34,483 nucleotides of DNA from Octopus bimaculoides. Taxonomy: Eukaryota. The notes under the pieces are model-generated. The model saw only the letters and a list, made by a program, of their open reading frames with translations, did no database searches and was not told where the DNA came from. A program made the translations under genes and the position numbers. Positions 12,817 to 22,835 of the stretch are shown piece after piece. The DNA is taken from positions 126,352,970 through 126,387,452 of the forward strand of contig NC_068981.1 of the NCBI RefSeq assembly GCF_001194135.2, read 5' to 3'. The stretch's first letter is position 1; the number at the start of each line of letters is the position of its first letter.

Positions 12817-13989
12817 ATCCTGTTTGTGTGGTGAGATGGAAGAGAGAAATAACGGAAGCTGAGCGAGAAGAGTAAAGAGAAACATTGAGAGAAAAACACT
12901 CAAATTTTGGACGGAGCGCGTCTACTATTGTTTCTTCTTAGATCAGATCTGACCGAGCAAATCTATGACTAAAGAAATACCAACTATGATCACTGTATCC
13001 TTTTACCTGATATTGCGTAATTAGAATTAATTGTTCAATATGTCCCTCCTTCATCAAGACGGTAGAGAGTAATTTGAGGAAGAATTTGTTGCTATGTTTA
13101 TTTCCCTGAACGACCACTGTAGAGATACTCTTCCTCGTCAGATCGTAGTTGGTGAAGCTCAAGAAAGTTAGCATTGGCTATCTGTTGGTTTCTTTATTAC
13201 TATTACAACTCAGCATTGCTAACTTGTGGAGTTATGTCGAATAACTGTTGTCGTATGTTGGACGGATCCAGCTATCAGCAGAGACCATTTTGAAGACCGC
13301 CCTGTTGCCTTGTTTTGGTCTGGAAGGGCAGGCAGACTTTATCTTTTTAGTGGCTTTATGTTCTTATGTACCTCCAAACTGCACCACCCTGTAGCGTCGT
13401 CGATCTTTTTGTGGACCTTTATCATAATAAACATCATCATCGTTGTTGTCATCGTCGTTATAGTTATTGTTGTTGTTATGTTCGTTGATGTGAACGCAAA
13501 CGTTCAACAGAACTCCCGTTTGTAGAGATTTCTCGATCGCATTACCAGTTACCAGATATGTCCATTTTTCTCAGCAGTAAAGATTTTCGCATTGTTTGAA
13601 GGTCTGCCCCGTAACCTGATATAAACGAAAAGATTCGTCTTTAATGTTGCTTTAACTGTATTTATAATCTGGCAAATCACAATTTGCTACTTTGTATTCC
13701 AAAATGGATACCTCTGTGATAGCCGGAAGACGTGCTAGCCATAGTTGCATTAATAGACCGTACGCTTGTACAATGAAAACGTGAAATTTAAGAAGATATG
13801 GTTTCAAAAACAAACATTTGTAGCTACAATTTGAAAGACACCATAAAAGTGACATAAATGTCCAACTGATTTCCAAAAATAGTGCATACAATAATAAACA
13901 TTAACAGCAGCAACTTTGAGTAACGTTTGCAAGTGTAATGAGTTAAAGAGAGGTAATAGATATGAAAAAAAATTGAGAAAGAAGTGGCC

Positions 13990-14995
13990 TTGAGCTAAGA
14001 GAAGACCAAGTTGGGCACCTGGCATCTGGAATGTTGTTAAGCGTTCACTGTTTTCTCTGGTGGTGCATCAACCTTTGAATTCTGTAGAGGGTTAGTGGTA
14101 GGCCAAAAGATTAATGTTCCCAGACAGACTACGGCTCTTGACGGAAAATTCTCATGGAATTCCAGTCAAGTGTCTCTGGACAACTTCCAGAAACCTTTGA
14201 CTCTCAAGTGCTGCGAGGTGAATGGTGGCTACCAGTTTGAAATAAATTCTATTGGTACTGAAGTGTCATCAGCCGAGCATGTCCAAATTTTGTGTAGAGG
14301 AACGAAACCATTCTGGAAATACTCCTCCAGTATAAAAGCATTGAGGAAATGTGCAATTATGTCGAACAGCTGGGTTTTGTGTTTAATAGCAATCAACCAA
14401 CTCCATCGTGAAGATAACACCATCACCCATTCTTGGCTACCAAGGGCAGGCAGTTTGCTTCTGTGTGGTAGCTGTGGTGAAAGAGATTATATTGTGAACA
14501 AGACTGAAAAGACAGTTCTATATTTAATAATGTAAATAATGTAAATATGACTGAAAAGAAACCCTGAGAATAGACACTTTCATCAGTGATCAAACAATCA
14601 TCAACTTTTTCAAGTTTTGCAACTTTTTACCTGGAGACAAATAAAGGTAAAAGCAATCTGAGAGATACAACCCTCTAGTAACGTTGCTGAAAGGGGGGAT
14701 GAGAATAGCGAGTGGGAGCCACATGAACGGGCTTGCTTTCAGCAAGCACCAATAGGCCAGAGAATACAGTTAGGAGAGACCACTTACCACAGGCAGTATG
14801 GGTGATCCAGTGCGGCTAGGTTACCTTGGTTGAATTTAGGTGGCTGTCACCCTTTTTGGGAGATTTAATTTTCATTCCTTTCTATACCGCTGTATTATGC
14901 TTTTTTTCATATGCGAGTCTGTGTAAACCTCCACTGTTTTCGTAATTTGTACTTGTAATGAGCCCTCATCCAGCGCCCTTGTAGCAAATGAAAAT
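13990..14995 (+). mobile_element. 5'-truncated, decayed L1/Tx1-like LINE 3' end (zf-RVT region plus 3' UTR)
   Basis: Frame-hopping translation gives LDNFQK..., LPV*NKFYWY*SVISRACPNF..NETILEILLQ...CNYVEQL, IVKITP...VAVVKEII.*TRLK and TFISDQTIINFFKF, matching the LP...CPxC...ET..H.L..C pattern. It ends in an A-rich/(AAT)n tail. The clade call rests on remembered similarity. Confidence 0.6.
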
Positions 14996-15004
14996 AATAA
15001 TAAT

Positions 15005-15207
15005 CCTTTTTACTATAGTCTCAAAGCCTGGAATTTGTGGGGAGGGGGATAGTCAATCACATCGACCCCAGTACTTGACTGGTACTTAATTTATCGACCC
15101 TGAAAGGATAAAAGGTAAAGTCGACCTTTGAAACTAGAATTTGAAACTAGACGAAATGCTGCAAAACTTTTGGCCCGGTAGGTTAACGATTCTGCCAGCT
15201 CACCGCC
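15005..15207 (-). mobile_element. SINE family A copy
   Basis: The plus strand shows ATCGACCCCAGTACTTGACTGGTACTTAATTTATCGACCCTGAAAGGAT...GATTCTGCCAGCTCACCGCC. Confidence 0.85.
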
Positions 15208-15229
15208 ATAACAATAGTGATAATAATAA

Positions 15230-15433
15230 AGCGAGCTAGAAAAATCGCTAACTCGTCATAAAAAAAAAGTTAGCGGTATTTCGTCCGTCTTTACTTTCTG
15301 AATTAAAATCCCGCCGGGTCAACATCGCCTTTCATCCGTTCAGGGTCGATAAAATAAGTACCAGTTGAGTACCGGGATCGATGTAGTCGACTAGTCTCCT
15401 TCCCCAAATTTCAGGCCTGTACCTATAGAAGAA
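15230..15433 (+). mobile_element. SINE family A copy with (ATT)n tail
   Basis: GCGAGCTAG...CGCCTTTCATCCGTTCAGGGTCGATAAAATAAGTACCAGTTGAGTAC, followed by (ATT)n. Confidence 0.85.
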
Positions 15434-15510
<77 letters not shown>

Positions 15511-15662
15511 CATTTGTAGTAGTAGGAGTAGTTGTCGTCATTGTATTAAGAACATTGACACAACTGTCACTAATGAAAACAATTGTATCATCATTACCAT
15601 CACCATCACAACCATCATCCTCATCATCCTTAGTAGCATAAATAAAAACACGGCCATTGGTA

Positions 15663-15720
<58 letters not shown>

Positions 15721-15730
15721 CAGTAGTAAT
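15434..15730. repeat. (ATT)n, degenerate (CAT)n and (GTA)n trinucleotide tracts
   Basis: (ATT)n at 15434-15510 and (GTA)n at ~15661-15728. Confidence 0.97.
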
Positions 15731-16089
15731 GGTGGTAGAATCAACGCAGTTTGGAAGCGACAAAGCAAAAAAATTACGATGGAAATGATGACTGAACATA
15801 TAGTCCCCCTTTTGTTTATTTGGCCTCAAAGGACTGTGAGATATGTTGGTAGACATTTCCATATGTTCACAGTTTTAATAATAATAGTTATATATTGCTT
15901 CAGTTGCGTCATTTACTGTAAATTTCCCTTCTTTTCTCAGCCTTGTAACTGCACCTACTTTCATTTAAAATAATAGTACGAATTCAGAAACTGTACAGTA
16001 TTTCTGTTTCAAAATTAGGGAAATGGTGATGATGATGATGATGATGATAATAACAATAATAATAAAATAATAAAAATAATAAGTTTTGG

Positions 16090-16934
16090 TAGAAGGATCC
16101 TACCAAAACTTACCAGAACAAGCAAGGGAAGACATTACAATAGCAGACCTAAGGATGATACTCACGAAGGCTCATAAGTGGAAATCTAGTAATGATAGGG
16201 CGCCAAATTTCTGGCTTGCTTCGCTCCGGTGTGCACACGAAAAGTTAGTCCAGTTATTCAATGAAATTTTGAGAGATTCTACAAAAACACCTGACTGGTT
16301 AGTTAGAGGTATTACTTACCTACTCCCGAAGAATGATGAAACCAAATTTCCCCAAAACTATCGGCCCATAACATGTCTATCTACCACATATAAAATCCTC
16401 GTGGAGAAAACATACAGATTTATGGAACAGAACGATATTTTCCCCACTGAACAAAAAGGGTGCCGACGAAGCTCATATGGATGCAATGACCAACACTTAA
16501 TCTGTCACTTGATCTTTGAGAACTGTCATAACAAACGCAGAAATTTCAGTGATGACATCGGGATGGAATTTGGTCTTAATAAATGTGTCAAGGCCACTTT
16601 CCACAAAGGGAAATTGAAGACCTCACATTCAGTAGTGTAGGATGTTGACAGTCATGAAAGAACACGACCAGGGACAAACTTACAAATGCCTCGGAATAAA
16701 TGAGGGCTCTAGCATTCAGCATGTAAGTATGGAAGAGAAGGTCAAGAAAGAGTGTTACAGGAGAGTTTGAGCAGTCCCAAATCCGAGTTAAATACACGTA
16801 ACAAGGTGTTAGCTATAAATTACTTAGAAGTTCCGGTTGTTATTTACAGTTTCAGTATGTTGAACTGGAATATGAGCGAAATAAGGAAGATAGACATGAA
16901 AATCCGTAAGCTGTTGACTTGCAATAAGATGCAC
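16090..16934 (+). pseudogene. R4/Dong-like (RLE-type) non-LTR retrotransposon RT remnant with internal deletion
   Basis: PDWLVRGITYLLPK...NYRPITCLSTTYK...EQKGC...GCNDQ, then directly FSDDIGMEFGLNKC, a decayed YKYLG-type segment and KSELNTRNKVLAIN...RKLLTCNKMH. Confidence 0.82.
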
Positions 16935-17299
16935 TGTTTTCTGTAAAAGTGGGAGTGTCAAAAAGTCCATGGGGGTATCTTCTATCCCAGTTTTTTTTGC
17001 TGCCAACATCAATTTTCTGACTTGTTAGACCCAGGGCAACATGAAAATACCCATTAAAGTAAATTACAAGGGGGTGCACCATGACCCCCACTAGCCCATG
17101 GCCTATAATGTTTAAAGTGTGATTCCCTTTCCTTCTCGATCCATATTTCGTCTAGATATTTCTTGTGTATGTTGTATTAGAGTCCTATTCAAGCTTTGTC
17201 CTGCGAATGATTGTGAATTTTATTTCGTTCAAGGAGGAGGTTAGTTGCTCCTCACAAGCGATTGATTTTCCTTTATAAGATAGAGACTGTCCTCTGTTC

Positions 17300-18200
17300 A
17301 CAGAGGGTGTATTCTACTGATCTTTTCCTCATGTTTTCCGTTATGAGTTTTTACGTTTCTTTCTTTTTCGTTTGAGGAAGTCTGCTACTACCTAATGTCC
17401 TCCATCTGACCTCCATCCTAATGAGTGAACAGGTGGTACTACTCTAAGGGTCCTGTCGTTGTTGCTTTCGCCGGTTGTGACCGAAAAAGGAAATTCTTGG
17501 GTTTCGTGGTTCACTTCTAGCTATGAGGATGAGGCAATTTTATTCGCTGACATACGAGTTGTGTCTGATGTCTCTTTATAAACAACAACCACCATGATTT
17601 TCTGTTGTTGCTTTTTTTCGTTTAAGCTTTCTGTGCTGAGAGCTTTTAAATGGGTTTTGCTCCTACGTCTGTAATAGCTGAGTTCTCTAACTTGGATGCT
17701 GAGTTTTAAAGTCTTCTTCATAAAACCCTCTATTGGACACAGTTCTTACACCGTTTAGTGGTTTTGTAGGGTCCAGATGGCCTGTATTTCCATTGTAATC
17801 ACACCCAACCATATATTGTCAAATGTTACGCCTGCACTGACCATACGCTCATATTATGTTACAAAGGCGACTACTATCCAGTGGCTGATATCGTCACAGA
17901 TGTCCTTGACGATGACCCTTTTGCTCCTCCCCAAGACCTTCTGTATCCGCTTCTGGGCTCGTGTGTGGCTTTGCGCTTTTGCCCCGTCCTCTGTTTAAAG
18001 ATAACATATATAGAGCCAAATGCCATATCTCTCTCTCTCCAATGAAGGATATTTCGTTTAAAATATCTATTAGAGTTGTCTCTAACTCTTGCTTGGAGGG
18101 AATAAGAAAACCTCCAATGTTCTTATCGAAGGACTGATAGTTTACTTTCCTCTTATCGCAGGCCCTATGACTGATTATCGCAACCTGGCACCTGTCCCAT
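17300..18200 (-). pseudogene. Possible decayed LINE ORF1-like remnant
   Basis: Higher-complexity block. Minus-strand fragments YQSFDKNIGGFLIPSKQELETTLIDILNEISFIG and LGRSKRVIVKDICDDISHWIVVAF..YERMVSA loosely resemble L1/Tx1 ORF1 RRM regions. Confidence 0.3.
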
Positions 18201-18784
18201 GTACAAAACGCTGTTAGCTTTCGATTTTACAGCAATATGTTTCATACTGACGGATTTTGTTTGAAAGAATGTTTGCAAGGGATAGCTTTGCCTTATTCAT
18301 GCTTGCGCCTGACGCGGTATGCAGGCTGTCGCTGTGAAATGTGTTGTTTACTATACAGTATTTTTCTGCTGAAGTCATTATATGCTTTTCAGTTTTACCA
18401 TTTGTTTGTTTATTAATATATTCTTGGTTTCTATTTTCTTTTATTTGGTGATTGCTTTCCTTTGTTTACTGTAATCTTTTTGGAGTGATTGAAAGAAAGA
18501 AGCTATCTCTTTACTTTCGCGTTAAAATAAAATGAAAATATTAAAAGAAAAATCTATCTTGCTGCCTATCTCCAGTAAGGTATAAACCTTCCAAAATATT
18601 CAATAAGATTCTCTGTATGAAATAAAATTCATAAAGGTTTTTCACGAAATAATATCTAGAACGAAAATTACTTCTTTCAGTTACATTTACAAAACATAGA
18701 ACGAAATCAGCAAAAGTCTGCAGCAAATGATAATTGTTTCCAATTTAGGCAAAAGGTTAGCAATTTTGAGAGGAAGTTTAATCT

Positions 18785-18928
18785 TTTCCATCTACCCAGT
18801 ACATTATGGGCATCAAAAGGATGAAAGGCAAAGTTAAACCCGGCAGGTTTTGAATTCAGAAAGTAAAGAGCCGGAAGAAATACAGCAAAGCATTTAATCA
18901 AGCTTTAAGGAGTCTTCCAACTCGCCGG
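18785..18928 (-). mobile_element. SINE family A, decayed copy
   Basis: AAAGGATGAAAGGCAAAGTTAAACCCGGCAGGTTTTGAATTCAGAA on the plus strand. A separate tail fragment lies at ~18940-19010. Confidence 0.7.
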
Positions 18929-19012
18929 TTTAATACTTCTAATAATAATGGTTTCAAATTTTGGCACAAGGCCAGCAGTTTCCGGAGCGAAGATGAGTCG
19001 GATACATTGATG

Positions 19013-19262
19013 AAATATAAGTAAAGGAAGCTCTACAGGACTTAGTAGCTACATTTGGGAATTAAAGGACAAAAAATTAATTATAGTTTAAAATGGCGTA
19101 TCCTAGCAAAAACCTCGTCTTATAATACTACCAGTTAGCGTTGTGATCTCTGTATAACAGAACGACTCCAAATTTTAATGGCTAAACCGCTTCTACTAAA
19201 TAAGAAATATGAAAAGGGTGCTTTTGTCTACATAAAGTCCAATTCGTCTATTCTAAGTTTCG
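19013..19262 (+). pseudogene. Penelope-like element ORF C-terminal remnant (region downstream of the GIY-YIG core)
   Basis: Manual translation with frameshifts: STGLSSYIWELKDKK/INYSLKWRILAKTSSYNTTS*RCDLCITE...LLNKKYE/CLHKVQF. This fits the PLE C-terminal pattern LSxHIWxLK...WxIL...CxLCxxE...LNK...CxH. Confidence 0.75.
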
Positions 19263-19319
19263 TTAAACCCGCTTGTTACTGTATACATCACTACCACCTA
19301 GCTTTAACGCTACTAGCAT

Positions 19320-19584
19320 GTTTCGACCCGTTCTGGGTCTCCTCGGGTACATCATTAAAAAGTCTCACTAGAGATTTCTTGAGCCGGCTTACGTACCGCT
19401 ATATGTCCATCAAATTTGAGAATGAGTAAAATCAGAGAAAAATTATTGAAACGCCAAAAAATTCAAATATGAACGTGAAAATTATACATTCTAGTTTAGA
19501 GAAAATGACATAATGAGCTTTCACTGTTGTAATTGTTAAGAGAAAGAAGATGAAGTAGAAGTTGAAAAAAGGAAGATAATACTT
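19320..19584 (-). repeat. Left arm of long inverted repeat (partner 20020-20268), carrying a decayed copy of the hammerhead motif
   Basis: Reverse complement aligns by eye to 20020-20268 at roughly 90% with one ~12-13 bp indel. It includes GTACCCGAGGAGACCCAGAACGGGTCGAAAC. Confidence 0.92.
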
Positions 19585-19928
19585 TTTGTTAATCTTTTTA
19601 AACTATGTTGCTTGAGCACACGAGATGCTCTGCGGTTTCAGAAGTGCTATAGCGTAATATAAAAACACATCAGCAATGAGAGAAAAGAATATCCATGCAT
19701 ATACACACATATATGTGTCAAACTTTACACAGACGTCAGTATCTTGCTTTACGTACGAATATATGCACATATTTATCTATGCTATGTACGTATATTTATG
19801 TAGATATACACGTGTGCACCTGCATATATGTATGTATTCGTCCATACGTGTGCGTATGCGCGTGTATCTAGTTGTATGTGTATCCCATGTACTTGGATGT
19901 GCATGTGTGAGCACGTATGTATATGTGC

Positions 19929-19970
<42 letters not shown>

Positions 19971-20019
19971 GTGTATGTATATGTGAGTCTAAGCACGGAC
20001 ACAAGAAAAAATTTCGTAT

Positions 20020-20290
20020 AAGTATTATCTTCCTTTCAACTTCTACTTCCTTTTCTTTCTCTTAACAGTTACAACAGCGAAGGCTCATTAAGTCACTTTC
20101 TCTAAACTAGAATGTATAATTTTCACGTTCATATTTGAATTTTTTGCGTTTCAATAATTTTTCTCTGTTTTCACTCATTCTCGAATTTGATGGACGTAAG
20201 CCGACTCAGGAAATCTCTAGTGAGACTTTTTAATAATGTACCCGAAGAGACCCAGAACGGGTCGAAACGCGTTGTACCCAATAAAATCTA
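20020..20290 (+). repeat. Right arm of long inverted repeat; putative Penelope pLTR or retrozyme-like unit
   Basis: Matches the reverse complement of 19320-19584 and ends in the hammerhead motif plus AATAAA. Confidence 0.85.
20238..20277 (+). ncRNA. Minimal type I hammerhead ribozyme motif (U4C core variant)
   Basis: GTAC-CCGAAGA-GACCC agaac GGGTC-GAAA-CGCGT-T-GTAC. It has a 4-bp stem I, a perfect 5-bp stem II, a palindromic ACGCGT stem III and a GUU triplet. The core differs from CUGANGA only at position 4. AATAAA follows 2 nt later. Confidence 0.7.
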
Positions 20291-20319
20291 GCACACATTG
20301 CATCTATTTTATTAATACT

Positions 20320-20370
20320 ATGTGTGTATGTATGTATGTATGTATGTATGTATGTTTGTGTGCATGTGTA

Positions 20371-20416
<46 letters not shown>

Positions 20417-20420
20417 AGCG

Positions 20421-20462
<42 letters not shown>
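20320..20462. repeat. (TATG)n/(GT)n/(TA)n between the two hammerhead motifs
   Basis: Direct reading. Confidence 0.97.
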
Positions 20463-20466
<4 letters not shown>

Positions 20467-20531
20467 CGATCAAATCTCCTGCGAGTTAACTTTGAATCCC
20501 TTGACAATGTAACCTTCATTCAACTAAGGTA

Positions 20532-20610
20532 CCTTCGGCCTGATGAGTAGCTACTGGAGTAATTACTACTTTCCAGGTTCTGCTAGCTAGGAAACATATG
20601 TAGCCTGGGT
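20532..20610 (+). ncRNA. Type I hammerhead ribozyme motif with extended stem II
   Basis: GGC-CTGATGA (20540-20546). Stem II is TAGCTA/TAGCTA (20548-53/20584-89) plus an inner CTGGA/TCCAG. Then GAAA (20591-94), palindromic ACATATGT, a GUA triplet and GCC pairing with the upstream GGC. The base of stem II is G-G instead of G-C. Confidence 0.6.
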
Positions 20611-20657
20611 TTTATCTGTTCCATTCCCTCAACTGGATTTTTATTCACATACATAGT

Positions 20658-21163
20658 NNNNNNNNNNNNNNNNNNNNNNNNNNNNNNNNNNNNNNNNNNN
20701 NNNNNNNNNNNNNNNNNNNNNNNNNNNNNNNNNNNNNNNNNNNNNNNNNNNNNNNNNNNNNNNNNNNNNNNNNNNNNNNNNNNNNNNNNNNNNNNNNNNN
20801 NNNNNNNNNNNNNNNNNNNNNNNNNNNNNNNNNNNNNNNNNNNNNNNNNNNNNNNNNNNNNNNNNNNNNNNNNNNNNNNNNNNNNNNNNNNNNNNNNNNN
20901 NNNNNNNNNNNNNNNNNNNNNNNNNNNNNNNNNNNNNNNNNNNNNNNNNNNNNNNNNNNNNNNNNNNNNNNNNNNNNNNNNNNNNNNNNNNNNNNNNNNN
21001 NNNNNNNNNNNNNNNNNNNNNNNNNNNNNNNNNNNNNNNNNNNNNNNNNNNNNNNNNNNNNNNNNNNNNNNNNNNNNNNNNNNNNNNNNNNNNNNNNNNN
21101 NNNNNNNNNNNNNNNNNNNNNNNNNNNNNNNNNNNNNNNNNNNNNNNNNNNNNNNNNNNNNNN
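20658..21163. other. Assembly gap
   Basis: N run. Confidence 1.
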
Positions 21164-21232
21164 TATATATATATATATATATATGCGCTTGTGTGAATAT
21201 GTACGTATATAGTCACTCACTACTACTACTAT

Positions 21233-21278
<46 letters not shown>

Positions 21279-21290
21279 GTTGTTGTTGCT
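21164..21290. repeat. (TA)n, (CTA)n and (GTT)n microsatellites
   Basis: (CTA)n at ~21219-21278. Confidence 0.97.
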
Positions 21291-21299
21291 GCAAATGGT

Positions 21300-21418
21300 T
21301 TGGTTTCTGATTTAGGCGCAAGGTCGGCAGTTTGGGGTGGGGCATGGGAGTAGTCGGCATCATCGATCCTAATTTTATTGACCCCAGAGGGATGAAAGGC
21401 AAAGTTGATCTGGGTAGG
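21300..21418 (-). mobile_element. SINE family A, 3' half
   Basis: TTTATTGACCCCAGAGGGATGAAAGGCAAAGTTGATCT on the plus strand. Confidence 0.7.
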
Positions 21419-21729
21419 CTTTTCTTATTTCTATAATAGTAAGTTCGTATGATGTAAATACTAGCAGTCATATAAGACAAATATATGAGTCAGTTATTGA
21501 GATAAAAGAATATCGTAAAGCGAACCCACGCTGCTTTGCTTAGCTGTTGACATTATTACAACGCCTTGTATAGACTAATATAGATATACCTCCCTCTATA
21601 CAACAGTTTCCATATGCCTTTTTTTCTGCTCCCGTGTTCCCAGTTCTCTTAGGATTCAATATGTGCTCTGCATTCCACCCACAATCTAAATCTTGTATGG
21701 TGTGAATTCACTCAAAAATAAAATTATGG

Positions 21730-21874
21730 AGCGCGCGCACAACACACGTACACACACGTACGCGCGCGCACTCATACATGCATATATGTGTGAACCAGAG
21801 CAACATGAAATCTGTGTGTGAGTGATATATATAGACATATGTGTGTATGTGTGTGAGTATAAATATATACACAC

Positions 21875-21909
<35 letters not shown>

Positions 21910-22235
21910 TTATATGTGTGTGTATGTATGAATATGTATATATATGTTTTGAAATGTTTATATATATATACATACATAAGTACACATACATACATACATG
22001 CATACATACATATTTGTATATTGTATACTTGTGTGAGTAAACACACATACATTTGTGTATATGCATATATGTACTTACATATGTAAATACACACATACTT
22101 AACATACATACATGTGTATGTATAAGCATGTATTTTTTGTATACATAGGTGTGTGTGCATGTGTGTATGTGTGTATGTGTGTGTTGTGTACATGTTGTGT
22201 GTGCCTGACTGTGATTGTGTTTATTTGTATGTAAA
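21730..22235. repeat. Degenerate TA/GT/CA low-complexity tract
   Basis: Direct reading. Confidence 0.93.
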
Positions 22236-22602
22236 CGCCTACTATGACCTATCATGTTTCACATATGACAAACAATATTTTCTTAGGGGTCTCCCTCACT
22301 CCCGAAATGTTATATGAAGATGCGCGAGCCCTCTGTATGAGAGGCCAAATAGCTAAGAAAGTGTATCTTTCAATATTACTAAAGATGAGGTAATAAAATA
22401 TGTAAATATTTAGTTGTTCTGTGCGAATAAAGACAAATGAATTTCACAGCAGTAGCATTACTGGTTACATCTATCAAAAAATTGTTTTCTGAAATAGGTA
22501 GAATTTTACATTAGTGTTTGCTAATCTGGGTGATAGAGGCGTTGTGAGTTCACGAGGCGCTAGGTATTTAAAGATATAAAAAATTTTCTTAGAAATAAAA
22601 TA

Positions 22603-22835
22603 CAAGGTGAGTCAAAAATAGCGCCCAGTTCCTGGGAAGTCATGCTTTTGTTGCTTTGCAGGTTGTTATTGATAATTTTGAAAGTTATTCAATCTGGCTC
22701 ATGTATCATGTTGATAATATTCTTTACTATCCCAACCCGTAGAACAAGGGTTAAGAATTCAAAGCATCTCCCAACTGGGAAGTCATACATATCAACCCTA
22801 AAACGAGAATTGGGTGCTACTTTTGACTCACCCTG
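22603..22835. mobile_element. 233-bp Tc1/mariner-type MITE
   Basis: 29-bp TIRs (25/29 match; CAGGGTGAGTCAAAA-type) flanked by TA on both sides (22601-02, 22836-37), with no coding capacity. Confidence 0.88.

Noticed and set aside
12543-12903. ER-repeat and SL-repeat ORFs
   Set aside because: Translations of the (GA)n microsatellite.
14095-14535. 146-aa ORF as a host gene or exon
   Set aside because: It is a chance open frame crossing a decayed Tx1-like LINE; the LINE-like motifs hop between frames.
15332-15862. Poly-Thr/poly-Asn 176-aa ORF
   Set aside because: Translation of (GTA)n and (ATT)n tracts plus SINE sequence.
20641-22255. Long ORFs of 160-190 aa
   Set aside because: They run through N-gaps or TA/CA low-complexity DNA.
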